Shown: positions 33,871-50,267 of the stretch, piece after piece
Layout: each line of letters begins with the position of its first letter
Numbering within the stretch: position 1 is the stretch's first letter
Assembly: GCF_902652985.1 (NCBI RefSeq)
Contig: NC_047021.1
Coordinates: 12,462,001-12,526,000 of the forward strand
Length of the DNA stretch: 64,000 nt
DNA from: Pecten maximus
Taxonomy: Eukaryota
Direction of reading: 5' to 3'
Notes under the pieces: model-generated
What the model saw: only the letters and a program-made list of their open reading frames with translations
What the model was told of the DNA's origin: nothing
Database searches by the model: none
Program-made: the position numbers and the translations under genes

Positions 33871-36800
33871 ATGTCTAAATACAAGTTAATCTTCTTCCCA
33901 TACCGAGGGAGAGGCGAATTGGTACGCCTTACATTCATGGCTGCTGGGGTAGAATACGACGAGGAGATAATTGAGAAGAAGGAATGGCCTAAATTCAAAA
34001 GTAGTAAGTTTACTTATCAATCATACTTTATATCTACCATCTTCTAAGTTAGGTAAATGAAACATATGAAATTTTACGTAGAAATATAAAATGCAAAACA
34101 AATTATGATCTTAAAAGTAGGTGTATGTACGTGTACAACGTGCTGTTTATAAGTATGCTGTAGTATGTCACAGACTACTGTTGTACATTGTAACACGGAA
34201 GCGACATGAACCAGCTGTATACTGCATTGCTATGTTTCTGTTACTAATCCATGTTAACAGTAGCAATCCACTTGTTCTCCAAAATAACCTGAGCACTCTT
34301 CTAACAAATTAAATGAATCATCAATAATATGGATCATATATCAAGCTCGAACAGCTTAAATTGTATGTATGTATCCTGTCAACAGATTAACGACGTAAAT
34401 GTTTTTATAATCTTATGAGGTTCGTTCACACTTCTGATGTTCTCAGAACAAGGAAGCTGCTACCAGGAAGTACACTAACTTCGGAGAAAAAGTGTACTGA
34501 TTTCACTTTGTTATCCGGCCAAATTTGTTTGATTTAGTGACAAAAGTCGATGTATCGGTAGGTCAAGGACGGGCTAAGATATACGACGCAGGTTCAACCA
34601 CTGCGGAGTTCTATCATAAATCCAAAAATCAGCAAAGAAATGGGCTCTAGAGCAGTATGGTGTCCAACTAATATTAACTATCTTCAAACACGCGTGTATG
34701 AGATGAAGGTTACGCCGACTTAGCCTATCCTACATCTTGCCTTCATCGACTTCCTCGACCACTCAGTCTGTCATATACCATGTATCCATCTTCTTCTCAC
34801 TCACTACATCTTGGTGTCTGGCGATAAGTGCACAATGACATTATGTATGACGTCATCAAATACATGTATACACGCTAATTGTTTCTGACCCGATTGGTCG
34901 TACAAACAAATGTAAGAATAGATAGCTTCCTCGTTTTGTCACACTTGTTTGATTGAAATTAAACTGAAGGTAAATAAAATGTATTAAAGCCGGATACCAG
35001 TATGTGTATTAAACTAACAATATTCCAGTTTTATAATGAGCTTGATATTCTGTAATACGAAGTCGAACAATAGATCTTAAATCTAATTATAATATAGTGT
35101 TCATTCTCACTACGTTACATCAATATCTACCGACATCGCATAAGGGATCACGTTCTGGTGACCTTTGTTATCTCAATATTTCACTTTCAGAGCGAATTGT
35201 CAATTTTGTTTGTGTGTCATCGATCTCACCCATTCGTCACATCATGCATCTGAAGCTAACCATTTCGGTATAGCATGTATATAGCTATATGCTTAGTTGA
35301 ATGAAATGACATGAAACATATTACCACCAATCCATGTACACATATGTATGACGTATGCATTACAATTGCATCTGTGTTTAAAGAGATGCCCACAGAACAG
35401 CTACCCGTACTGGAGGTGGACGGGAGGCGGTTAGCACAGAGTCTGGCTATAACCCGATACCTAGCCAGGGAGTTCGGTAAGCTGATTCCTTTGGATTGCA
35501 CAAAAGTCTTCTTTGATGAAGAATTAATATGCGTTTTGTAGTAACAATCTATATTATGAAAAGGTAGCACTATTTAAACTCTTCTGAGTGATATTCTAAA
35601 ACTTCTTAATCATAAATTTAACGACAATTAAACGACATTACAAATGTTAAGTTTCCTATTCTCCAAATCTGATGATTCATAACTGAAGTGTTCGCTTCAT
35701 ATTTAGTATTTAAGTGTAAAATCTTAATATTGTGATGTTTAATTAAAGCGATTGTGTTTTAATTCTATCTGTTAATATAAAAGTAGTGATATGTAGGGAC
35801 GTATTATCTCACAGGTTTGGCTGGTCAGGGTAACCTTGGGCAGTGTCTGGTCGATATGGTGGTGGATACGGCCGCTGACGCATTCAAAGAGTATCTCAAA
35901 TATCACAACGAGACTGACGAGGACAAAAAAGTAGGTTTTTTTCATCTACTACTGCTCAAAAAATGATTTTGTTTATCTCAAACCTATAAATTAAAGCTTT
36001 CTTGACTCTGATTTCAGATACGCTTATAAGTATTTTGAATGTATGTTGTGGACTGCTGGCTAGCAGCTTTATCTAGAAACATCGATTTTGCAATAAACTC
36101 TTATCGTTTGTTTCACCTTTCAGGCGGAGCTGCAGAAGAAGGTGGTGGCAGAAATCACACCACAGTTCGCGAGAATTTTTCAAAATCTCTTGGAAAATAA
36201 CGACGGAACAAATGATTGTTTTGTAGGCTCCAGTGTAAGTCAAACAAAACGTGTAGGCGTAACAAAGCGACTTATAGATATAATACATATATTCTAAGGT
36301 AGAATTAACACGATAACATAATATGTCTAGTTTTATGTATATAATAATGACAATAGTAATTCTGTCATTATCATGTTAATCGTTAACCTGTTTTTGATGC
36401 TAGATAAAGTTCAAATGCGGCCTCGGGAAACAGTTCATCAGGTTGGTCCTAACACCGAGAGGGAGAGTTTTGACTGTTGACTGATAAGGCATGAAATAAC
36501 TGTTTTGTAACCTGAATAATCCACAAGATTTCATATATAGGCTATTTTATTAGGCTGGGGAACGCGTAAAAAGTCTTCAGTAAACTGTTAATTCAGGCTC
36601 TGGTGGTGCATTTTCGAACTCCAAAGATTTCTTTCCTTTGCTATCGCAGTACGCTGTAAGAATGTGTTGTGTAATCGTATTTTGGCTAAATAATGCAGTT
36701 TCCTGAGGCCGCATCATAAATGTCATAATATATATTGTAGATTTATAAAAAAAATATTAGATTATAATGAATGTTTTAATAAATTTTAAATGTATAATGA

Positions 36801-37753
36801 TTGTTATATTAAAGTTTAGATGTATAATGGTTGGTACAATAATAGTTAAATATACAATGAATGTTAGCTGTAAAATGAATGCTACAATGTAGATGTACAA
36901 TAAACGTCAGATAATAATGAATTTTAGATGTAAATTTATAATTAATGCTAGATGTACAATTAAGCATTGATGCCATTTTTTTTAGCTTCATCGGGGTATG
37001 AAAAAAAATGTGTTTGCAAACTGTAGATTCTTACAGAAGTTTGCAAACAAAATTTTGTTCATACCCCTATGAAACTAAAAAACAATTGTATTAACGGTTA
37101 AAATTAATTTTTGAAAATAGTGTTCTAATTTAAAACATGTTTTATGTACAATTTTACTGGTTTTATGTGGGATTCCTTTTCTCAAATCAATACGCAACGT
37201 CAATTGTCGTATTGTGACGTCACATTTTTCGCGCCATTCTCGGAATTTCTTTCATAGAAGAATATTTCAATTTCTACTCAAGTTGGACTCGAGAAAAGAA
37301 TTTTTCCGATACGCGGATTCATACAGTGTGCAAACAATCTTTGTTATATCCCGATGAAGCTAAAAAAAATTGACATCAATGCTTAAATAAAAAAAAAGTA
37401 GATTTATAATGAATGTTATAGGTATAATAAATGTTAGACATACAATGAATGTTAGATGTATAATAGATATAAAATGTATAATGAATGTTATAGGTTTATT
37501 ATATGTTAGATGTACATTAAGTGTTAGATGTATAATAAATTTAGATGTATGATGAATGTTAAGATATTGATACCTTTCAATTTTCCAGTTGACCTTAGCC
37601 GACCTGGCTTTCTACGAAGTATTCACGCACTTTCTTGGGCATAACTCCGAGGCTTTGAAAGACTTTCCAAAGTTGGCAGCAAACCGTAAAATGGTTGAAG
37701 AGAACAAAAACCTAAAGCAGTACCTGACAAACCGCTATGATAGTATTATCTAA
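33871..37753 (+). CDS. Glutathione S-transferase, sigma class (gene 4), 205 aa, catalytic Tyr8 replaced by Phe
   Basis: Exons 33871-34003, 35384-35476, 35815-35930, 36124-36234, 37589-37753; GT-AG. MSKYKLIFFPYRGRGELVRL...[35 protein letters not shown]...CFVGSSLTLADL...YLTNRYDSII*. AATAAA at 37805. Confidence 0.94.
36730..37565. repeat. Degenerate 18-bp tandem repeat in intron 4 of gene 4, split by a MITE
   Basis: atgtataatgaatgttag-like units at 36730-36960 and 37400-37565. Confidence 0.75.
36960..37386. mobile_element. Non-autonomous element (MITE) with ~36-bp terminal inverted repeats
   Basis: Left ttaagcattgatgccattttttttagcttcatcggg; right cccgatgaagctaaaaaaaattgacatcaatgcttaa. Confidence 0.88.
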
Positions 37754-40700
37754 AGATAATAGAGGAACGTCGATGTTGTCAAGATATGTTGACATATTGC
37801 AGGGAATAAATATTGGTCGAAATGGATTAACTGGACAATTTGTAATATCTGGGCGGGATGTATGTCGTAATAATGTCAGAAGGTAATCATATGACTGAAA
37901 TCACGGCGATGCCGTGCTAGTCAATCTTCAAAGCTACAAATCAGTGTGGAATGCAATGGACAGCACGGGCAAATGAAATACGACGTTTTCGATGTTTTAT
38001 TAGGACTACCAAAAGTTTAAATGTATTAACAGTCAATCAATTTATATTAAGAGTCACAATGGCAGGTTCTGAAGAACATGGTCGGGTTATTTCTGAAATG
38101 ATCGAGGTACTGACATTGATAACATTTGTATTGGCAAACAGGCCTAGCGCGTGTGATAAAACACCGTTTCGGTTTCCTCTATTTTGCATTGAAGAGAGGA
38201 AACGTTAGAATTGTTATCTTGTCTTTTTTTTATTCTTGCTTATGTCCATTATACTTTGTGTGCCCTGTCTCCTATACTACATCAATACGGTGTTTATTGT
38301 TTTCGGAAGACGCCCCAAGGCGATCCATGGACGCGATATATATAGTCCTCTGTTCGTCGTGTTCGTTCTGTCTCAAAATAGATTCTTATGAAATAACATT
38401 GTGTATTTCATAATAATCAAAATGAAATGCATACAACAAATATATTACATTTATTTTAAAATTTGAGGGGTAAGGAACGGTCCAAGGGAGGCAACTCTCA
38501 TTATCAAGCGATATTATGTTTATCAAATATCTTGCTTACAATTAGCATCAAATTGGTGATATAATCACCTCATTTACTACCCGACCAGTGTTTTATGTTT
38601 GTTTATGCTAACTTGTCGCTGACTTTTCCTTATCCTCATACTTAAGTTGATGGTGTGTATCTGCAGGCACGTCAAACGTCCCTACCAGACTGTCACGTTT
38701 ACTCTTCTGTCATAATTTCGCTATTACTTTTTAACGCTAGTCTTCCCGGATGTATACTTCACACAAAACGAACGCCAATAAATAAACTAATATACAGTAG
38801 ATACAGTAAAACTTGTTTATAACGAATCCCACAGGGCCAGAGGAAATATATTTCGTTTGATCAAAAATTCGGTTTAGATTTTTATTCATTCTGTTACATG
38901 CAGAAATGTTGTTCGCAGTTGCTGGACAGACACACAGATAGACAGAGTTTTAAGAAAAGTAAATTTACCAAATGATAATGGGAAAGAAGTATTTAGTATG
39001 TGAAGATAGTTAGCTTCAGCCGATCTAGTGCTGCCTGTTCTCCTGTCATTCGCTGTGTATGCCTGGTATCTTCTGCTCCTCGGTTTTCTTTCGTCTTCGT
39101 GTGGTTAACAACTATCTTTGGATATTTCAACCCTTAACCCCAGTCGGTGGGTCAGTAGTGATGCCAGACCAAAACTCAGTAGAACCTGACTTCCAGCATT
39201 TGTCATTCTGACGGTGCCATATCCAGCATGGTGTTCATTCTTTTGCTCCGCCTAGTTTTAGCAAGGCCGATTTAACCTTTCCCCTACATTCATATATGCT
39301 GTAAGCTTTTCATTGAATGAACTTGGAATAAACCTCGGAAAGGTAGTTTGTTGACAAATCTTGGAAAGATAGGTAGTGCAGACAAATCTAGGGAAGACAC
39401 GGGACGGGAGGGGATGGGACGCGTCGTACCGCGGCGGGCCGGGACGGACATTGGTAACATTATACACTCCGCTGCCCCTCCCCCATTTTCTGGCGAGGGC
39501 AACACAAATAAAATAATCAAGTAAATTTATATTTTTAGGTTTTTATGTCTCATATGGGACTTTTGGTGATCTTTACCAGGAAATGATACATTGCATCAAA
39601 GGGTTATCAAAATCATTTTGATCAATCATGAACGTAGATGTTTGTATATGTCATATGATGACTCCATTTAAGAAAAGAAATACGCACACGCCAATTTCCG
39701 GTACTGGGTGTTGTTCCCGCTTCCTGATTAGGCAATCGGGTAAGTCCATTGTGTGTCCTATAACATGCATTTTCTTACTAGTGTCGGTGTAGATAAAATA
39801 TTATGTGTCTTTTCATTCGTTTAAGACGAATTTTACAATTTATTCATGACATGACATTCTGAATAGGTTAAAGGCCCATTGCCAATAAGATAACAACTCA
39901 CTGTCGATAAGATAGCCAAAACTAACAAATATCTTTAAAAGGACCTGTATTTTTATTATCTAAAAGTTTGAACATCTGGACCCACAGCTAAATGTATAAC
40001 GATAGCATAAAATCGGCACCTCGCTGCTAAAATACTGGAGTTATTTACTTTTATCCTGGATACATATAATTGGCCAAAATTTGTCAAATTTGTCTACCAA
40101 AGAGCGTTCGGGCGAAGCCGAGAGAGATGCTGTCACGTGCTAGAAAAAAATAGATCTCCTTTAGGTTTATAAAATAAATATTCTTTTCTTTTACGTCATA
40201 TTGTCAAAATCTAACTTAATTTTCATCTTTCCCGAATTCCTAAATTCGATTTAAATTCATTGTGCGTTTACGTCAGAGCAATGGACGTCGTAGTGCTGAT
40301 CAGGTAACACAGTTTAATTGCGTCTTATGGCCAAGAGGATGAGACAGAAATTATATCACTGGGCACACGCGAGATTGCCCTGTCTGACGTACGACAGTCG
40401 TTATTAGTAAATTATCAATTACATAATGTAGTCAGAATTCTTGCACATTATCATTCTTCAACAACAGTTATAGGATTTGAGCGTGACGCTTTCTGGTGAC
40501 TTCACACGGCCAAACCGAGAATGATCCGAATGAGGTATTATGTGTAAGAGATTGCTAACTGATCGACATTTTGGTTCGTCTACTGGAATCTATGTCCACT
40601 GAGGTGAGATACAGTATACAAGAAACTCGTATGTCTATGGCCAGGTTTTAACTTTTAAGCAAAAGTCTCCAAATCGATTTCTAAATAAAGTAGCCGAATC

Positions 40701-41300
40701 GACTTATCCAAATAGTAGCTGAATCGACTTGTATACTGTTAGCCACCGAAGTTATTACACACTTTAGCCAAGTACTGTATTTATATATATCTATATATCC
40801 CTTTTGTATTAATTTATTCGAGATAAAAACAAACACATGTATGCGGTTACATTTTTCCTAAAAAAAAATATTAAATAACGAAAACTATATTGCCTCAATA
40901 ACTACCTTTACAGTATCTCGTCAAATCCAGGGAGGTATGTTACGTCACAAGTGACCTATGACAAATTGACAATAGATGAGGGTAAGTGTGGGGATGCGGT
41001 TAGGTACAATAGTATTTCATATTTTGATGTAACTCCTGTCGCCGTCTAAATTGATTATTCAAGGCTGGTTGAAGCATCTGTGTTTGTAAGATGACCTACA
41101 TTATTATGTTGTGTGATCGTGTTTACTTAAATGATAACATATCGCTGACCATTTGTCACCATTTTAGTGCATGTCTTTGCATACATGTCTAGTCACATTA
41201 TCGGCGAGTCACACGTATGTGTATATCGGTGAAGCCCGAGTCCTGAAATCCCAGGCGGCTGCAGCAACCACAGAGACACGCTCACATTTCCCTGAGCAGC

Positions 41301-45003
<3,703 letters not shown>

Positions 45004-45599
45004 AACCCACACATCAAGAGGCTTCGCAGTATATGATGAGATATCGATATTTACAAAGAAATTTTCCACATCTCACGGAATGTGACATATCTACTGGAAT
45101 CAATTAACTAATGAACCAGTTGTTTCCATGTGGTTATATGTAAGGTGTAATTAAACCCAGCAAGTACGTTCTGAATAAAAATATTAAAAGTCACCCAATT
45201 GTACTAGTCTGTGTTGAATATATCTAAACGATAAAATGTTATAATATATAGATCACCATTGATGTTAACTGTGCTATGTGTAAACGTACAATATGGAGAC
45301 ACAGCATACACTATATGTAGGTATACATTACAGGTAAGTAACCCTAACTTGTTTAAAAGTTGTCCATTATATATACATGTTTTGTACCAAATAAAAACAA
45401 TTACCAATTACAAATTAATGTTCAGGCTAGAATTTGATAACGTTGACAACATGTGTTATATATATGACAACGTTTCATTCCCCCTTTTTAAAAAAAATCA
45501 TTAAATCAATTATTCTATTCGGAAATGTATCAACAAACTATTATACAAGTCCTCTCGATTTTATTATATCGTGTTTTGTGTGATAAAACGCAAGTGTCA

Positions 45600-46155
45600 A
45601 TTAAGAGAGATAGCAAGATAGATACAGGATGTCGTGATTATGTATCAATATATCATGCCACTCTATGTCAAACTCAAGCTAGATAAGGAAATCGTGATTA
45701 TGTATCAGTATATTATGCCATTCCATGTCAAACTTTAGGTTGCTACATGATGTCGTGATTATGTATCCGTATATAATGCCACTCTATGTCAAACTTCGGG
45801 TAGATACGGGATATCGTGATTATGTATCAGAATATCATACCACTCCATGTCAAACTACAGATAGATACGGGATATCGTAATTATGTAGCCGTATAGCATG
45901 CCACTCCATGTCAAACTACAGATAGATATAGGATGTCGTAATTATGTAGCCGTATAGCATGCCACTCCATGTCAAACTACAGATAGATATAGGATGTCGT
46001 AATTATGTAGCCGTATAGCATGCCACTCCATGTTAAACTACAGATAGATACAAGATGTCGTGATTATGTATCAGTATAGTATGCCATTCCATGTCAAACT
46101 ACAGATAGATACAGGATATCGTGATTTCAGTATATTATGCCACTCAATGTCAAAC
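45600..46155. repeat. ~61-bp minisatellite, ~9 copies
   Basis: Unit gtcgtgattatgtatcagtatatcatgccactccatgtcaaactacagatagatacaggat. Confidence 0.9.
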
Positions 46156-46897
46156 TCCAAAAAAGATTTTTTTTTTTTTTTAAATTTATATTTATTGTAT
46201 TTTTGTAATGTAACGTCTTGTCTTTACAAATATTTTACTCCCCATGCAGGAATGAAACTGAAGATAACATAAACATTTAATTTCATTTTTTGGCCTATCA
46301 ATGATTTGACATGTTTTAATTGAGTATTTTAGTATCCATATCAATTTAACAAATTACTCCCCTTTGATTGTTCAATTAATTCCCCAAATATTGCTACCCG
46401 TTAACCTTTATGAAAAGATATCTCCAAAAATGACTATACCGCTATGGATATTATAAACATATACATGTAAGTTATATTTGTAAGTACAGTATGAGAGCCC
46501 TCCTGCATGAGGACAACACTATTGTTCGGGGAGATGAACCCAGGGCTCCTCAACCCTTGCAACTCCTATCAAATACAGAAGTGTGTATACAATTACTGCT
46601 TAGCCATAAGTGTATACACACATCTAGGACATTTCCAGCTGGGGGAATAAATATTTTGTACCGTAAAAAAAACACTCCAAAAAAGATAATCGATCTTACA
46701 CAGGGAGGTAAAGACAGCTGGCACGCGCTATATGACGCTCACAATAACGTAACGTCATCATTTTACGTTGAGTAACCAAGTCGTAAATGATGACGTCATA
46801 AATGTTGACGCACATTCCAAGGAGCATTGAAGATGACGCGATAAAAAACTCATAAAATCTTATATTTGGTTGCAAGTATGTGAGAAAAATAGTCACT

Positions 46898-47034
46898 CAT
46901 GGGTCTGTTCCGCGAACAAGGATATATCAACCCTGGTGTAAGAGTTTGGCTGGCCAGCATTCGGCAAGCCTCGTGCTGACTGGCTAAACTCTCACACTCG
47001 GGTTGAGACATCCCTGTCGAAGGAACATACCCAT
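46898..47034. repeat. Long imperfect palindrome/hairpin, probably part of a non-autonomous element
   Basis: atgggtctgttcc...tcaaccctggtgtaagagtttggctggccagca [ttcggcaagcctcg] tgctgactggctaaactctcacactcgggttga...ggaacatacccat; arms about 60 bp. Confidence 0.85.
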
Positions 47035-47650
47035 GTTAGTCCATATCCAGATAGATGTAGCAAGACATCCAAGGCAGTTTAACAAAGGAGATTAAGTTAC
47101 AGAGTAATGTGGTGAATTATCTTAAGCCTATACTTATATGATGTACGTTATTATCAAACTGTCACCATCTTAAATTAAAACGTCAAATTTTCAATCTTGA
47201 ACAAGCTTTATTTCTACAAGCATCAGAAATGTTTTGAAGACACATCAAACTATATCATACGATGTGAAATACTTAACGTAAAAACCAATGCCATTTACAT
47301 CAGTTATTCTGATGTATATCAAAACAGATGAAGCAAAACTAATCAGAAAAAGTAACATTCTGAAAGATTGCTACGAATTACTGCGAATGCGAACATTGTA
47401 GTAACAATAAAGCAATAAGCTGGTTGGTTGTATATCAACTGTCCGAAAGTAATCTTTACTCTCAATCGTCATAAGTGTAGGGTTTTGAAGTGAACAGCAA
47501 CTGGTAAAATATATCTTAATGTTTCGGATGCAGACAGGTAAACAGGCATGTGAATACTTGATATAATTAAGGTGCACATATATGTAATTCACTTCTATTC
47601 TATTCTGATAACTTACAGACTAACAACTTATGTTATTTCTGTTTGAGAGG

Positions 47651-48377
47651 TTAGAGTTGCTACACCTCCAACAAATAGTATGTTTTATCAATTAAAAACA
47701 CAAAAAGACGCATATGTAATTTTCTAAAGCAATACAAGTCACACACTTTACACTATTACCACCCTTGGAAATTGTCATTTTCTTATCTATCTTTAAATAA
47801 AAAAATAAAAAATGTGTCCCGAAGAAATTCCATCGCTCCGCCACCATATTGAATGAAATTATGATTGCGCATGCGCCGAAAACACAAAAACGTGTAATAG
47901 CGATCGCACTAAAAAGCGAGGAAGGCCATAAGTGTTAACATCTAGACAAAAGAAGGAATTAAGCGTAAAATATATTATGAAACGAATAAAGGGAAGGACT
48001 TCAATCGGAGACTGCTTAGACAAAAAAAATGACATAGAATCGGAGCACATGCGGAAATGGCACAGTTTTTGTTGGAAAGGCAAGTGTGTAACGTACACAC
48101 GAACGTAGTGTAACATTCGGTCTGTTGTCATCTTTACTGAATGATGTAAGCATATGATGCGGTTGAATCAATGGCTAAGATTTCTTTCGTGATATGTATT
48201 AATTGCAGATTGACTTTTTATCGTTCGCAGCTTAAACTTACTGATAAATCACACTTGTATCAATCCAGCGAAATGGGGCCGAAAGTGGTAACGCTTAGAA
48301 AGTTTTTTTTTATAGTTCGTGGGTGGCAGCATGGAAAGGGTCGTGATTTTTTGCGACAGATAATATTGAAATGTTTC

Positions 48378-48408
<31 letters not shown>

Positions 48409-48739
48409 GCATTAAAACCACGGCAATATAAATTTGCAGTTTATGATAGGCAATGGGCAGTATTTGCCACAGCTAAAGTCCACAATAGTTGTTTTCTTCT
48501 GAATGCAAATCTCTCCCAGAATGCACTGCGATCAAGGTCATGTGTATGCAAAGGAGATTATTATTTTTGTCTTTTTAATTGGCAGGGATATTCAAAAGTT
48601 CGTTACTTCTTGGCTTCATTGCGACAATTTTTGACGTTAGAAATTTTTGGTAGGTCTTAAATAGGCATACCTATTTGGACTAAACATTGTCAAAATAATA
48701 ACAATGTATTACATTCTGTTGGAGGTATAGCATCTTTAA
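47651..48739. mobile_element. Non-autonomous DNA transposon, Kolobok-like (TTAA-flanked TIRs)
   Basis: Left ttagagttgctacacctccaaca vs reverse complement of the right end ttaaagatgctatacctccaaca (20/23 identical). Confidence 0.72.
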
Positions 48740-48789
48740 TAGACAAGGAAACTGTTATATTATTATCTACTGGATATATTAAGAGACTA

Positions 48790-49265
48790 CGGAAGGTAAA
48801 CAGACTAATAAACTGTTATGTTATTTCTGTTGGATATACGTACAGACTAACGAAGGTTAACAGACTAAAAAAGGTTAACTGACTAACAGAGGTAAACATA
48901 CTAAAAAATGTTAACAGACTAACAAACTGTTAACAGACTAAAAAAGGTTAACAGACCAAAAAAGGCTAACAGACTAAAAAAAGGTTAACAGACTAAGAAA
49001 CTGTTAACAGACTAACAAAGGTTAACAGACCAAAAAAGGTTAACATACTAAAAAAGATTAACAGACTAAAAAAGGCTAACAAACTGTTAACAGACTAAAA
49101 AAAAGGTTAATAAACTAACACAAACTGATATGGTATTTCTGTTGGAGAGGTTAACAGACTAAGAAACTATTAACAGACTAACAGAGGTTAACAAACAAAA
49201 TGTTATAGCATTGTCTGTTGGATATATTAACATATACTAACAAAGGTTTATAGACTAACAAACGG
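48790..49265. repeat. Degenerate ~18-bp tandem repeat
   Basis: aaaggttaacagactaaa-like units. Confidence 0.85.
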
Positions 49266-50267
49266 ATATGCCATCGTCTGTTGGCGTTTATTTTGTGTGA
49301 GACTTAAACATTAAAGTCCAGTGTTATAAAAATGTACCTTAGCCAATATGAGATCTAGTTCACTGTCATGACATTTAAAGTGTTCCAACCATATGTAATC
49401 GCGGTGACGAGCATTTTGGATAAAAGTGATTACTCTATTTCAACTTATCTTTCCATAATGGTTTCCCGTGACATACGATACAAAAAGATTTACGCTTAAC
49501 TCCCCATACAGGCCCAGTGATTGATTTGATGCAATTGCACATTGCCGTGGTAAACCAGACGTGCAATGTAGATGTCCATTTCTTTTTACAACCATCCATG
49601 CAAAAAGTATTATTACCTATTTCTTTGGTATTTTGTAGTACTATCATTTGAACACCACTCTTAACAAAACACATCAGAAATCAGAACATTACTATTGATT
49701 GATGCACATTTATATCATTTTAGAAGTGTACTTTAATAGGTATCAAAATTACCTTAAATTACCACCTTCACGACGTACACCCAAAAATATTGGCGTGTTG
49801 ATAATGGAGTGCCTTATATAAAGGGAATCACGTATCTTTAATCAATGTAAACTTTACTTGGACGATCTAATGTCTGGAATAGAAAAGTATGCTACAGTGG
49901 ATTTTTTTTCACCTGCAGCCTTTACAAAGCAAATGTTTTATCGCACGAGTGATTAATTAGTACATATAAAAAAGGGTCTTTTACTGCCCATGTTGTTGAT
50001 CACATTGCATTAGCCTGTACCATTCACCACTTCAAACATTCGTCATTTTTTGTCTTTAATAATTTAATCGCAACACTTAGATGCCTTTAGTATATAAGTA
50101 GGTAATGTTTTACAAAGCCAAGCATGAACTACGTGGTTATACAATCTATTGTGTGCCATATCGATCGGATACAAGCTAGTTAATAGGAAATACAAGAGAA
50201 TTGTTATGCTGGTATTTCAGAGAGATAGCCTAAGTAGCATAGAGTACAGAGTTTAAGGAATTTGCTT

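Noticed and set aside
38803-39900. pogo-like left terminus (tacagtaaaacttgtttataacgaa) and a GC-rich patch with possible decayed transposase
   Set aside because: No matching right terminus or convincing protein motif could be established by eye.
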